In this document: one piece after another, positions 9,215-16,138 of the stretch | Layout of the letters: every line of letters begins with the position of its first letter | How positions within the stretch are numbered: position 1 is the first letter of the stretch | Virus record (IMG/VR): IMGVR_UViG_3300031576_000011 | Coordinates: 1 to 64,000 of that record | Source: a virus | Strand: one strand, 5' to 3' | Length of the DNA: 64,000 nt | Position numbers and translations under genes: made by a program | Notes under the pieces: model-generated | Told to the model about the DNA's origin: nothing | Databases searched by the model: none | Seen by the model: the letters and a program-made list of their open reading frames with translations, nothing else

Positions 9215-9445
9215 CTAGCACGCAGGAGGCGTGTTGCCGGATCCCAGGCCACGATACCGCGCGAGGACGCGGTCCCCCATCTTCTCGACCCGATAGAAGT
9301 GGCGCCGCACGAACTCGGGAGCCGGATGCGGATCCGGTGGGGAGTCCGAGCGGAAGAACGTGATCCATCCCGGGATCTCCTTCTGGGCGTTCCGCCACTC
9401 GATTACGAGCCCGTCGCGCGGTCCCCCAAAGCACTCGATCCTCAC
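9215..9445 (-). CDS. Hypothetical protein
   Basis: (M)RIECFGGPRDG...; GTGA overlap at 9442-9445. Confidence 0.5.
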   Translation of the reverse strand: MRIECFGGPRDGLVIEWRNAQKEIPGWITFFRSDSPPDPHPAPEFVRRHFYRVEKMGDRVLARYRGLGSGNTPPAC

Positions 9446-9864
9446 TTCGTCGACGCCACGTACTCGGGATGCTTCGTCCGGATGTGCCGCGCGACCTGGT
9501 GGAACGTCCGGTGGCACGCCGGGCACACCCCGTGGCAGGCCCGGCGCTTGAGGCGTGCGAAGTGCCCCTTCTCGGCCGCGACCTGGCGCTTGGCCGTGTC
9601 GAGCTCGACGCGCAGATGGCGGGCCCCCACCTGCTCACCCTCGAGCGCGGCGCGGAGCTTCGCGGCCTCGCGCTCGAGCTGCCGTTCCCGGGACTCGCCG
9701 TAGCACTGGGGGTGGCCGTTGGGGCAGCAGAAGGTCTGGCCGTCGCCGCGTCGACGCTCCATGAACTCTCTTGACAGGGCGAAGTGCGTCCCGCACACCG
9801 AGCAAGAGAGCGGCGTGAAGTAGACGATCTGCGTCGTCCCGGCGTCCAGCGTGATCGCGCTCAT
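9442..9864 (-). CDS. Zinc-finger/coiled-coil protein
   Basis: CSVCG..CPNGH, coiled coil, C-terminal C2H2 CPACHRTF..VARHIRTKH; GAGGAG RBS. Confidence 0.75.
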   Translation of the reverse strand: MSAITLDAGTTQIVYFTPLSCSVCGTHFALSREFMERRRGDGQTFCCPNGHPQCYGESRERQLEREAAKLRAALEGEQVGARHLRVELDTAKRQVAAEKGHFARLKRRACHGVCPACHRTFHQVARHIRTKHPEYVASTK

Positions 9865-10370
9865 GTCGTGCTCCTCGCGGCGCTCGCCGCGTCGAACTTC
9901 TCCAGGTAGCGCCGAACCAGCTCGGCGCCGTCGCCACCGAGGATACACCGAACAGAAGCACACCCGCGTCCCGTCGAGGCGTGGTCGACTCGGGCCTGAC
10001 CACCCAAGAACAGCGTCACGCGAGACGGGTAGACGCGCCGGCAGCACGTCGGGCAGAGTCGGCCCTCGGCGCGGGCCTCGCGGTGCCACCGCGCCGGTTC
10101 CATCCGGCCGAACTTCCGATGGCAGGCCGGGCACACGAAGTCCGCGAGCGTTGGGAACGCCTCGACGGATCGCTGCCAGGATCCCCCAGGCTCCTTCTCG
10201 GCGGCATGCAGCACGGCTACGCCCAGGCGCTCGACGCCACGCCGATTCGGGATGCAGTTGCGCTCCCAGGCAGACCAGGTCGTCTCGCACACGCCGGCGA
10301 CGGCCGCGGCCTTCCGGACGCTCCACCCGAGGCAGTTGCGGAACTCGCGCACCGCCTCGCCGAACGTCAA
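9861..10370 (-). CDS. XRE-family HTH protein with zinc ribbon
   Basis: FGEAVREFRNCLGWSVRKAAAVAGVCETTWSAWERN; CPAC, CPTC. Confidence 0.65.
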   Translation of the reverse strand: MTFGEAVREFRNCLGWSVRKAAAVAGVCETTWSAWERNCIPNRRGVERLGVAVLHAAEKEPGGSWQRSVEAFPTLADFVCPACHRKFGRMEPARWHREARAEGRLCPTCCRRVYPSRVTLFLGGQARVDHASTGRGCASVRCILGGDGAELVRRYLEKFDAASAARSTT

Positions 10371-10726
10371 GCGGCACGCGGGAACATCACGACCCAGATG
10401 GACTTCCCCCCCACGACCATCGGCATGGCGTCGGACATGACGCGAGAGGCCGTGGCGAGGATCAGCGCGTGGACGCGCGCGTGCTTCGCGACGCGCCGGA
10501 GGTCGTCAACGAGCGGCGTCGTCGGCCCGCGGAGTCGGCATGCGATCGCGATGCCATCCACGAGCAGATCGACGCGCGCGTGTCCCAACCGGACGCGCGC
10601 GTACACGACCGGCACGCTGAGGGCCCGCGCGATGTGCTCCCGCAGCGCCTCGTCGGTCTTGCCGCGGAAGGAGGTCGCGCACTCTCGAAGCGTGTCGCAG
10701 ATCCGGCGCTCGAGTTGGCTGACCAT
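10367..10726 (-). CDS. Degenerate PD-(D/E)XK-like protein
   Basis: RVRLGHARVDLLVDGIAIACR: nuclease-like fold but no ExK. Confidence 0.45.
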   Translation of the reverse strand: MVSQLERRICDTLRECATSFRGKTDEALREHIARALSVPVVYARVRLGHARVDLLVDGIAIACRLRGPTTPLVDDLRRVAKHARVHALILATASRVMSDAMPMVVGGKSIWVVMFPRAA

Positions 10727-11277
10727 CAGGGCGCTCCCGTCGCCGCGAAGAGGCGCGCCTGGGCCGGCACCGGAGCGGGCGGCTCGATGCGGAGAACGCA
10801 CTCCTGGGCGCGCAGGCGCAGGCGACGGAGGCCCGCCTGGACCGCGACCGCGTCCTCGCGCGACCAGACGACCAGCACAGAGGGGTGGCTGGCCGCACCG
10901 TCGATGCGGTAGGGCGTGTCCGGCAGCGTGAACCGGAGGCGGCCGCGAATGAAGAAGACCGAGCACGCGCGCATCCAGACGTTGTCCCACCACCAGCGGG
11001 TGTCCGTGCGCGCGAACAACAGCGCGACGCCGCGGCCGTGTTCGGCCATCCTGGCGGCCCACAGCCCGGCCTTGGAATACGGCGGGTTGCACCACACCCT
11101 GCCTTCCCATTCGGCCGCCAGCCCGTCGTCTGGGAGCGAGATCATGCGGGTGGCCGTCGCCCACGGCGGGATGACGGCGGCACACGGATCGAGATCGAAC
11201 GGGCCGAGCCGCTCGACGATCGGCCGCGGCGTGAGCCAGTCGTCGCGCCGTCCCACCGCCGATCCTTCTGGGCTCAC
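10726..11277 (-). CDS. Phage N6-adenine DNA methyltransferase (Dam family)
   Basis: DDWLTP, FDLDPC, VWCNPPY, ARTDTRWW, FIRGRLRF. Confidence 0.88.
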   Translation of the reverse strand: MSPEGSAVGRRDDWLTPRPIVERLGPFDLDPCAAVIPPWATATRMISLPDDGLAAEWEGRVWCNPPYSKAGLWAARMAEHGRGVALLFARTDTRWWWDNVWMRACSVFFIRGRLRFTLPDTPYRIDGAASHPSVLVVWSREDAVAVQAGLRRLRLRAQECVLRIEPPAPVPAQARLFAATGAP

Positions 11278-11287
11278 GGTCGCGATG

Positions 11288-11515
11288 TTACACCCGCGTG
11301 GGCGGCTCCCCGTGCGAAGCGAACTCGACGACGTCCTGCGGCTCCACCAGTCCGTTGTCTCCGAGCCAGATCGCGATCTCGCTGCGGACTTCCTCGGTCA
11401 CGATCGCGGGGTCGTACGTCACCTTCACGTGCAGGCGCTCGGGCTCCAGTCGGCTGTAGGAGATCCCGAGGATCCCGGGCTCGTGGAGGATCGGGTGCCA
11501 CAGGTGCGCGTTCAT
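11288..11515 (-). CDS. Hypothetical protein
   Basis: MNAHLWHP...; GAGGAG RBS, ATGA overlap. Confidence 0.5.
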   Translation of the reverse strand: MNAHLWHPILHEPGILGISYSRLEPERLHVKVTYDPAIVTEEVRSEIAIWLGDNGLVEPQDVVEFASHGEPPTRV

Positions 11516-12144
11516 CTCGGCGCTCCTCTCGATTCGAGTTCCAGCGTGAGCGCCCAGACGATGGGGTTGTGCTCCCAGGCCTTGCGTACCGCGTGGACGC
11601 CGGTCCGGTGCCGCGACCACCAGTACTTCCGGAACCGCGCGACCGGATCGCCGGCCTGCGCCTTCGCGTCGGCCTCGGCATCGCCGCAGGATCCCAGATC
11701 GGATCCACCGTGCGTCCACCAGTAGTCCACACCTTCTGCGGTCGCGTCGGCCGCCACGATCTCGTGGATCCGATGCGTGCGCACGGCCGAGAGCTTCGCG
11801 CTCGCGCGCACGAACAGGCTCGGCATCGCCATCGGATTCTCCCAGAGGCTGTGGGGGATCCAGCGTCCGCGAGACGTCACGCCGTCGGTCCAGATCTCGT
11901 TCAGGACGCCGTCTGGAAGGCTGATGTCGTTGCGCTTCCCCAGGAATTGGTGCGGCCCATCCGCGAGGTAGAATGGCTTCCGATCGAACGCCATCCAGTG
12001 CTCGACGAGATCGGCGAAGTGGCCGGGCCGGTAGATCTTGGGCTGGCCCGGACTCCACGCGACGCGCGTCTGGGTCTTCACGCCGGCGAGGACCGCCGCA
12101 TGCATGACGACCGGAAGCAAGAGCCGGTGGCGCACCGGCCCCAA
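11512..12144 (-). CDS. Hypothetical phage protein (ASCH/PUA-like)
   Basis: AVLAGVKTQTRV, MAMPSLFVR, RIHEIVAADATAEG, WEHNPIVW. Confidence 0.6.
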   Translation of the reverse strand: MGPVRHRLLLPVVMHAAVLAGVKTQTRVAWSPGQPKIYRPGHFADLVEHWMAFDRKPFYLADGPHQFLGKRNDISLPDGVLNEIWTDGVTSRGRWIPHSLWENPMAMPSLFVRASAKLSAVRTHRIHEIVAADATAEGVDYWWTHGGSDLGSCGDAEADAKAQAGDPVARFRKYWWSRHRTGVHAVRKAWEHNPIVWALTLELESRGAPR

Positions 12145-12300
12145 CCACGCAAGTACCGCTCCGGCCGCCGCCGCCGGTAGCGGCGGTTACGCGGTTGCCG
12201 GTTGCGGCAACCTTGTTTCCGGCGGCCACGCCCGACCGGCCCGGCCGGCTGGCACGCCCAATGCGAGAACGGCGGTGGCGCCGCGCGCCCGAAAGGCTGT

Positions 12301-12480
12301 ATGCCCAACGCCTCAGAGACCGTCCCGCAGGAAGAGCTCCGGGTCTGGCGCATGCGCCACGACCATCATCGGCTTCACCGCACCGAGGCGAACGACGAGC
12401 ACGTCGCCGCGATCTTCCTCGTGTGCCTCGACTGCAAGACCGCGTACCTGATCGATACCGTCGAGGGCGAGCGTGGGTGA
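12301..12480 (+). CDS. Hypothetical protein, first gene of the divergent plus-strand unit
   Basis: MPNASETV...CLDC; GAAAGG upstream. Confidence 0.5.
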   Translation: MPNASETVPQEELRVWRMRHDHHRLHRTEANDEHVAAIFLVCLDCKTAYLIDTVEGERG

Positions 12481-12670
12481 CCGGCCGGCGCCCGAGTCGT
12501 TCCCGGGAACTCTCCGCGATGTCTTCGCGGGGCTCGCGATGCAGGAGTTCCTGCGCACACACATGCCCCTCGACCTCGATGTGGATTCCGGCCTCGCCAA
12601 CGACATCGGGTTGGCCGCCTACCAGATCGCCGAGGGGATGCTGCGGGCCAGACAGGTCGTAGGAGGTTGA
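12473..12670 (+). CDS. Hypothetical phage protein
   Basis: TLRDVFAGLAMQ...AYQIAEGMLRAR, a common small phage family; its stop codon now comes from the IS end. Confidence 0.65.
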   Translation: MGDRPAPESFPGTLRDVFAGLAMQEFLRTHMPLDLDVDSGLANDIGLAAYQIAEGMLRARQVVGG

Positions 12671-12850
12671 CACTCTGCTGGGGCTAAAGCCCCGCAGATT
12701 CTTCCTTCAACCCCAGATGCACCGCACTCCGAAGAATACGATGGCTGACTCCAGGTCCAGAAGCAGCAACCGCGTGTCCCGCGGCCAGAATGTTTCGTGC
12801 GGCGTTCACGTCCCGGTTGTGCGTCGCGCCGCAAGCGGCACACGTCCACT
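12647..12850 (-). ncRNA. Predicted omega/reRNA of TnpB (5' end approximate); guide from flank CCUCCUACGACCUGUC...
   Basis: Inferred from established TnpB biology plus the right-end hairpin and TCAA boundary. Confidence 0.5.
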
Positions 12851-13859
12851 CGCGTTCGTCCAACCGCAGTCGCTCGCGGATCATGCCGCAGGCGCCACAG
12901 GTCTTGGACGAGGGGAAGAACCGATCCACCTTCACGAGATCCCGCCCGTACCAGGCGCACTTGTATTCCAGCATCCGCACCAGTTCGGACCAGCCCGCAT
13001 CGGCAATCGCCCGCGAGAGGCGCCGGTTGCGCACCAGCCCACGCACGTTCAGATCCTCGACCACGACCGCTTGGTTTTCGCGAACGAGTCGGGTGCTCAA
13101 CTTGTGGAGATGATCGCGGCGCCGATCGGTGACGCTGGCGTGCAGGCGCGCGAGTTTCCTTCGGACCTTCTGCCAGTTCGCCGAGCCCTTGATCTTGCGG
13201 GCGAGCGCGCGGGAGAGCCGGCGCTTGCGCTCCAGTTCCCGCGCGTCGTGCCGCGGATTGGGGATCTTCTCGCCGGTCGAGAGCGTGGCGAGGTCGTGCA
13301 GGCCGAGGTCAATCCCCACAGCCGCACGGACCTTCTTCAGGGGCCGGACGGTCGGGTCGTCACAAAGGATCGAGACGTGCCAGCGGCCCGCGGCGTCCAG
13401 GCTCACGGTCACAGACGAGGGCTCGGCGTCCGTGGGCAGCGGCCGGCTCCACCGAATCTTGAGCGGCGCGTCCATCTTGGCGAGCGTCAGGCGCTCGCCA
13501 TCCCATCGGAAGGCGTTCCGCGTGTAGGTCGCGGAGCCGCCGTGCTTGCGCCGCTTGAAGGTCGGGTACTTGGCGCGCTTGGCGAAGAACGCGGCGTAGG
13601 CTTTCTGGAGGTGGCGGAGCGTCTGTTGCAGCGGGATGCAGGAGACGTCGTTCAGGAAGGCGAAGTCCGGATCGCGTTTGAGCGCCGTCAGGCCGCGGTC
13701 CTGCGCGGCGTAGGAGACGGACTTCTTGGCGGTCGTCCATGCCTCGGACCGCTCGCGGAGCGCACGGTTATAGACCAGCCGCACGCAGCCGAAGGTGCGG
13801 CGCAGGAGCGCCGCCTGCGCGTCGGTCGGATAGAAACGATAGCGGAAGGCCCGCAGCAC
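12684..13859 (-). CDS. tnpB: RNA-guided endonuclease TnpB
   Basis: RAFRYRFYPT..Q...L.RTFGCVRLVYN; RuvC motifs GIDLG, VVEDL, NRDVNAARNI; Zn finger CGACG..WTCAACG. Confidence 0.95.
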   Translation of the reverse strand: MLRAFRYRFYPTDAQAALLRRTFGCVRLVYNRALRERSEAWTTAKKSVSYAAQDRGLTALKRDPDFAFLNDVSCIPLQQTLRHLQKAYAAFFAKRAKYPTFKRRKHGGSATYTRNAFRWDGERLTLAKMDAPLKIRWSRPLPTDAEPSSVTVSLDAAGRWHVSILCDDPTVRPLKKVRAAVGIDLGLHDLATLSTGEKIPNPRHDARELERKRRLSRALARKIKGSANWQKVRRKLARLHASVTDRRRDHLHKLSTRLVRENQAVVVEDLNVRGLVRNRRLSRAIADAGWSELVRMLEYKCAWYGRDLVKVDRFFPSSKTCGACGMIRERLRLDEREWTCAACGATHNRDVNAARNILAAGHAVAASGPGVSHRILRSAVHLGLKEESAGL

Positions 13860-13865
13860 GGTTAC

Positions 13866-13894
13866 AGTATTGCTGTCGTGTCTGGAAAGTGCAA
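13866..13894 (-). promoter_or_regulatory. Sigma70-like promoter for tnpB, probably leaderless
   Basis: TTGCAC-17 bp-AATACT, 6 nt before the GTG start at 13859; no RBS. Confidence 0.45.
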
Positions 13895-13957
13895 GTCTTC
13901 GGAGGCGACGCTTCCTCCGCTGGGCCTAAAGGCCAGCGGCTTCCGCGTCGTCATTTT

Positions 13958-14692
13958 GTGACGAGGCGCGCGATCATCTACGTCCGGTGCAGCACGGCGG
14001 AGCAGGCGGACGAGGGCGTCAGCCTGCAGGCGCAGGAGGATCGGTGTCGTGCCTACGCGGCGCTCCGCGATCTCGAGGTCGCGGCCGTCGTGGCAGACCC
14101 CGGGGTCTCCGGCGGCACGCCGCTGGCTGAGCGGCCCGGCGGGGCCCGGATGCTCGCGGCGATCGCGGGCGGCGTCGGCGTGGTGATCGGACTGAAGCTC
14201 GACCGGCTCTTCCGCGACGCGGTCGACTGCCTGGTCATGGTGCGGGGCTGGGAGCGCGCGGGGGTCGCCCTGCACCTCTGCGATCTGGGTGGCAACGCGA
14301 TCGATTCGAGCTCCGCGGCCGGCCAGTTCATGCTTCTGGTGCTCGCCGGCGTGGCCGAGATGGAGCGCAACCGCACGCGGGAGCGCACGCGCGAGGCGCT
14401 GGCCTGGATGAAGAAGAACCACGAGGTGTACGGACCCATCCCGTTCGGATTCCGCCGCGCGTGCGGCCACCCCGACCACCCGGATGGGCCCGAGGCGCTG
14501 CCCGAGGTGTGCCGTCGCCTGGTCCCTGACGCCGAGGCCGCGCGGACGCTGGCGCGCGCGCGCGCGCTTCGAGGCGCCGGCGGCTCCTATCGGGACATCG
14601 CCCGGACCCTCAATCTCGAGGGCCGACGCGCGGCGCAGGGTGGGGGCTGGCATGCGAGCACCGCTCGCGGCATCCTGTTGGCCTGCGCATGA
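13958..14692 (+). CDS. Serine recombinase (resolvase catalytic domain plus short recombinase domain)
   Basis: IYVRCSTAEQ, VSGG, RPG, KLDRLFRD, AEMERNRTRER; GTG 13958. Confidence 0.9.
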   Translation: MTRRAIIYVRCSTAEQADEGVSLQAQEDRCRAYAALRDLEVAAVVADPGVSGGTPLAERPGGARMLAAIAGGVGVVIGLKLDRLFRDAVDCLVMVRGWERAGVALHLCDLGGNAIDSSSAAGQFMLLVLAGVAEMERNRTRERTREALAWMKKNHEVYGPIPFGFRRACGHPDHPDGPEALPEVCRRLVPDAEAARTLARARALRGAGGSYRDIARTLNLEGRRAAQGGGWHASTARGILLACA

Positions 14693-15441
14693 ACCACGAA
14701 CTCGTCCTCGAGTGGATGGCTCGCATCCGCGAGGCGAATCGCGGATCGCCATTCAGCGAGCAGACCTTCAGACTCCCGGTCGGCGACGCGCTGTGGGTGG
14801 CCGCCACCGACTCCCGGGTGATGGTGCTGGTGCCGGCGTACCTGGCGCCGGGCCTTCAAGGCGGACCGACGACGCAAGTCGATGCGATCCTGGAGATCCT
14901 CGACAGGCACCCGATCTCGGATCCGCCGGACCTGGTCGGTCGTGTGTCCGATCTGAAGAAGTGGACGGGACTCCCCGAGTGGGTGGCGAAGTGCCCCACG
15001 TGCGTGGAGGACCCGAAGTTCGTTCGCCCGCCGTGCCGCGAGTGTCTCGGGTCCAAGATCCGTCGCTGCGTCTGCCAGTGCGGGGACGAGCACGAGGTCG
15101 AGTGCATGGAATGCACCGGGACCGGGCTCTGGGTCTGCGCGACGTGCGAGGACGAACGCATCGTGACGCCTGATCCGCGCGGCGGAATCCTGAAGAGCAC
15201 CCACCGGCCGCTCGCCGTCGTGATCGATCGGAACCTGCTGGCCCGCGCGCTCGATCCCATGGACGAGCATGCGATGGTCTCGGTCTGGCTCGGGAAGGAT
15301 GCGACGGATTGCCTGCGGTTCGTGATTCAGGACGGCGCCGACCCCATCCACGTGCTGTTGATGCCGTGGACGCATCCCGAGCCCGAGGCGAACCGTGGCG
15401 CGCCGGTCTTCGGCGAAGAGCATGCGGTCGCCGCTCCGTGA
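14689..15441 (+). CDS. Hypothetical protein with repeated CxxC motifs
   Basis: CPTC, CREC, CQCG, CMECTGTG, CATC; ATGA overlap. Confidence 0.7.
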   Translation: MNHELVLEWMARIREANRGSPFSEQTFRLPVGDALWVAATDSRVMVLVPAYLAPGLQGGPTTQVDAILEILDRHPISDPPDLVGRVSDLKKWTGLPEWVAKCPTCVEDPKFVRPPCRECLGSKIRRCVCQCGDEHEVECMECTGTGLWVCATCEDERIVTPDPRGGILKSTHRPLAVVIDRNLLARALDPMDEHAMVSVWLGKDATDCLRFVIQDGADPIHVLLMPWTHPEPEANRGAPVFGEEHAVAAP

Positions 15442-15728
15442 CCGCGACGCGGCGGTCGCGGAAGGATCTCGCGATCCGGCTCCGCGAAGCGCGGGCACGC
15501 CGACGCTGCGAGTGCCTGAGCTGCACGCGGCACTCCGGGCGCTGCGAGGCGCACCACGGATCCGGGCGGGCAGGCGCCCGGACGTTCCTCTCGGTGGTCT
15601 GGCGGTGCGGGAGCCATTCCTGCGTGAACTCGGACCACGCGTTCGTGACGTGCGCGCCCTGCGCCAGTACCATCCCGAACGGCCCGGTGGCCAGCGCATG
15701 CCAGTTCGAGGTGTCGCTCCCTTCCTGA
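15438..15728 (+). CDS. Cys-rich, degenerate HNH-like protein
   Basis: RCECLSC...CAPC, similar in layout to 6828..7271; GTGA overlap. Confidence 0.45.
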   Translation: MTATRRSRKDLAIRLREARARRRCECLSCTRHSGRCEAHHGSGRAGARTFLSVVWRCGSHSCVNSDHAFVTCAPCASTIPNGPVASACQFEVSLPS

Positions 15729-16138
15729 GCCGGGTCGAGGTCGAGGGCGGCCGCTTCTCGTGGCGGGTCGTCGGCTACCGGCCGATGCCGCCCAACCGCC
15801 TGCGCGGCTGGCATTGGTCCGGGCTCCTGAAGCAGAAGCGGAAGTGGCAGCGCATCTACCTCGTGGCCGAGGGCCGACTCGAGGTGGCGCGCACGTGGCG
15901 GCCGGGCCGCATGCGGGGTCCCATCCTGCGCGAGTGGCCGCCGCACAAGGACGAAGACGGCGCCCATGCCTCGCTCAAGGCCCCCCTCGATGTGCTTCGG
16001 GAGAACCTGGTCCTGGTCGACGACTCGCCGGCGTGGTTGAGCGGATTCCGTTACGAGCCGCTACCGGAGCCACCGGACTGGGCGATGGGCGAGACCGGGT
16101 TCGAGTTGATCCTTGAGGCGGCGCATGGCGGCCCGTAG
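15698..16138 (+). CDS. RusA-like Holliday junction resolvase
   Basis: KDEDGAHASLKAPLDVL...LVDDSP. Confidence 0.55.
   Translation: MPVRGVAPFLSRVEVEGGRFSWRVVGYRPMPPNRLRGWHWSGLLKQKRKWQRIYLVAEGRLEVARTWRPGRMRGPILREWPPHKDEDGAHASLKAPLDVLRENLVLVDDSPAWLSGFRYEPLPEPPDWAMGETGFELILEAAHGGP

Larger units (their letters stand above)
12667..13957 (-). mobile_element. tnpB-only IS200/IS605-family element (IS1341-like)
   Basis: Left-end hairpin at 13906-13950; right-end hairpin ending GTGTCAA at 12667; 5' flanking TCAC; removal restores a GTGA stop/start overlap. Confidence 0.8.

Noticed and set aside
12684-14692. IS607 element (serine recombinase + tnpB)
   Set aside because: The recombinase is divergent, lacks the N-terminal HTH of IS607 TnpA and lies outside the IS605-type hairpin ends
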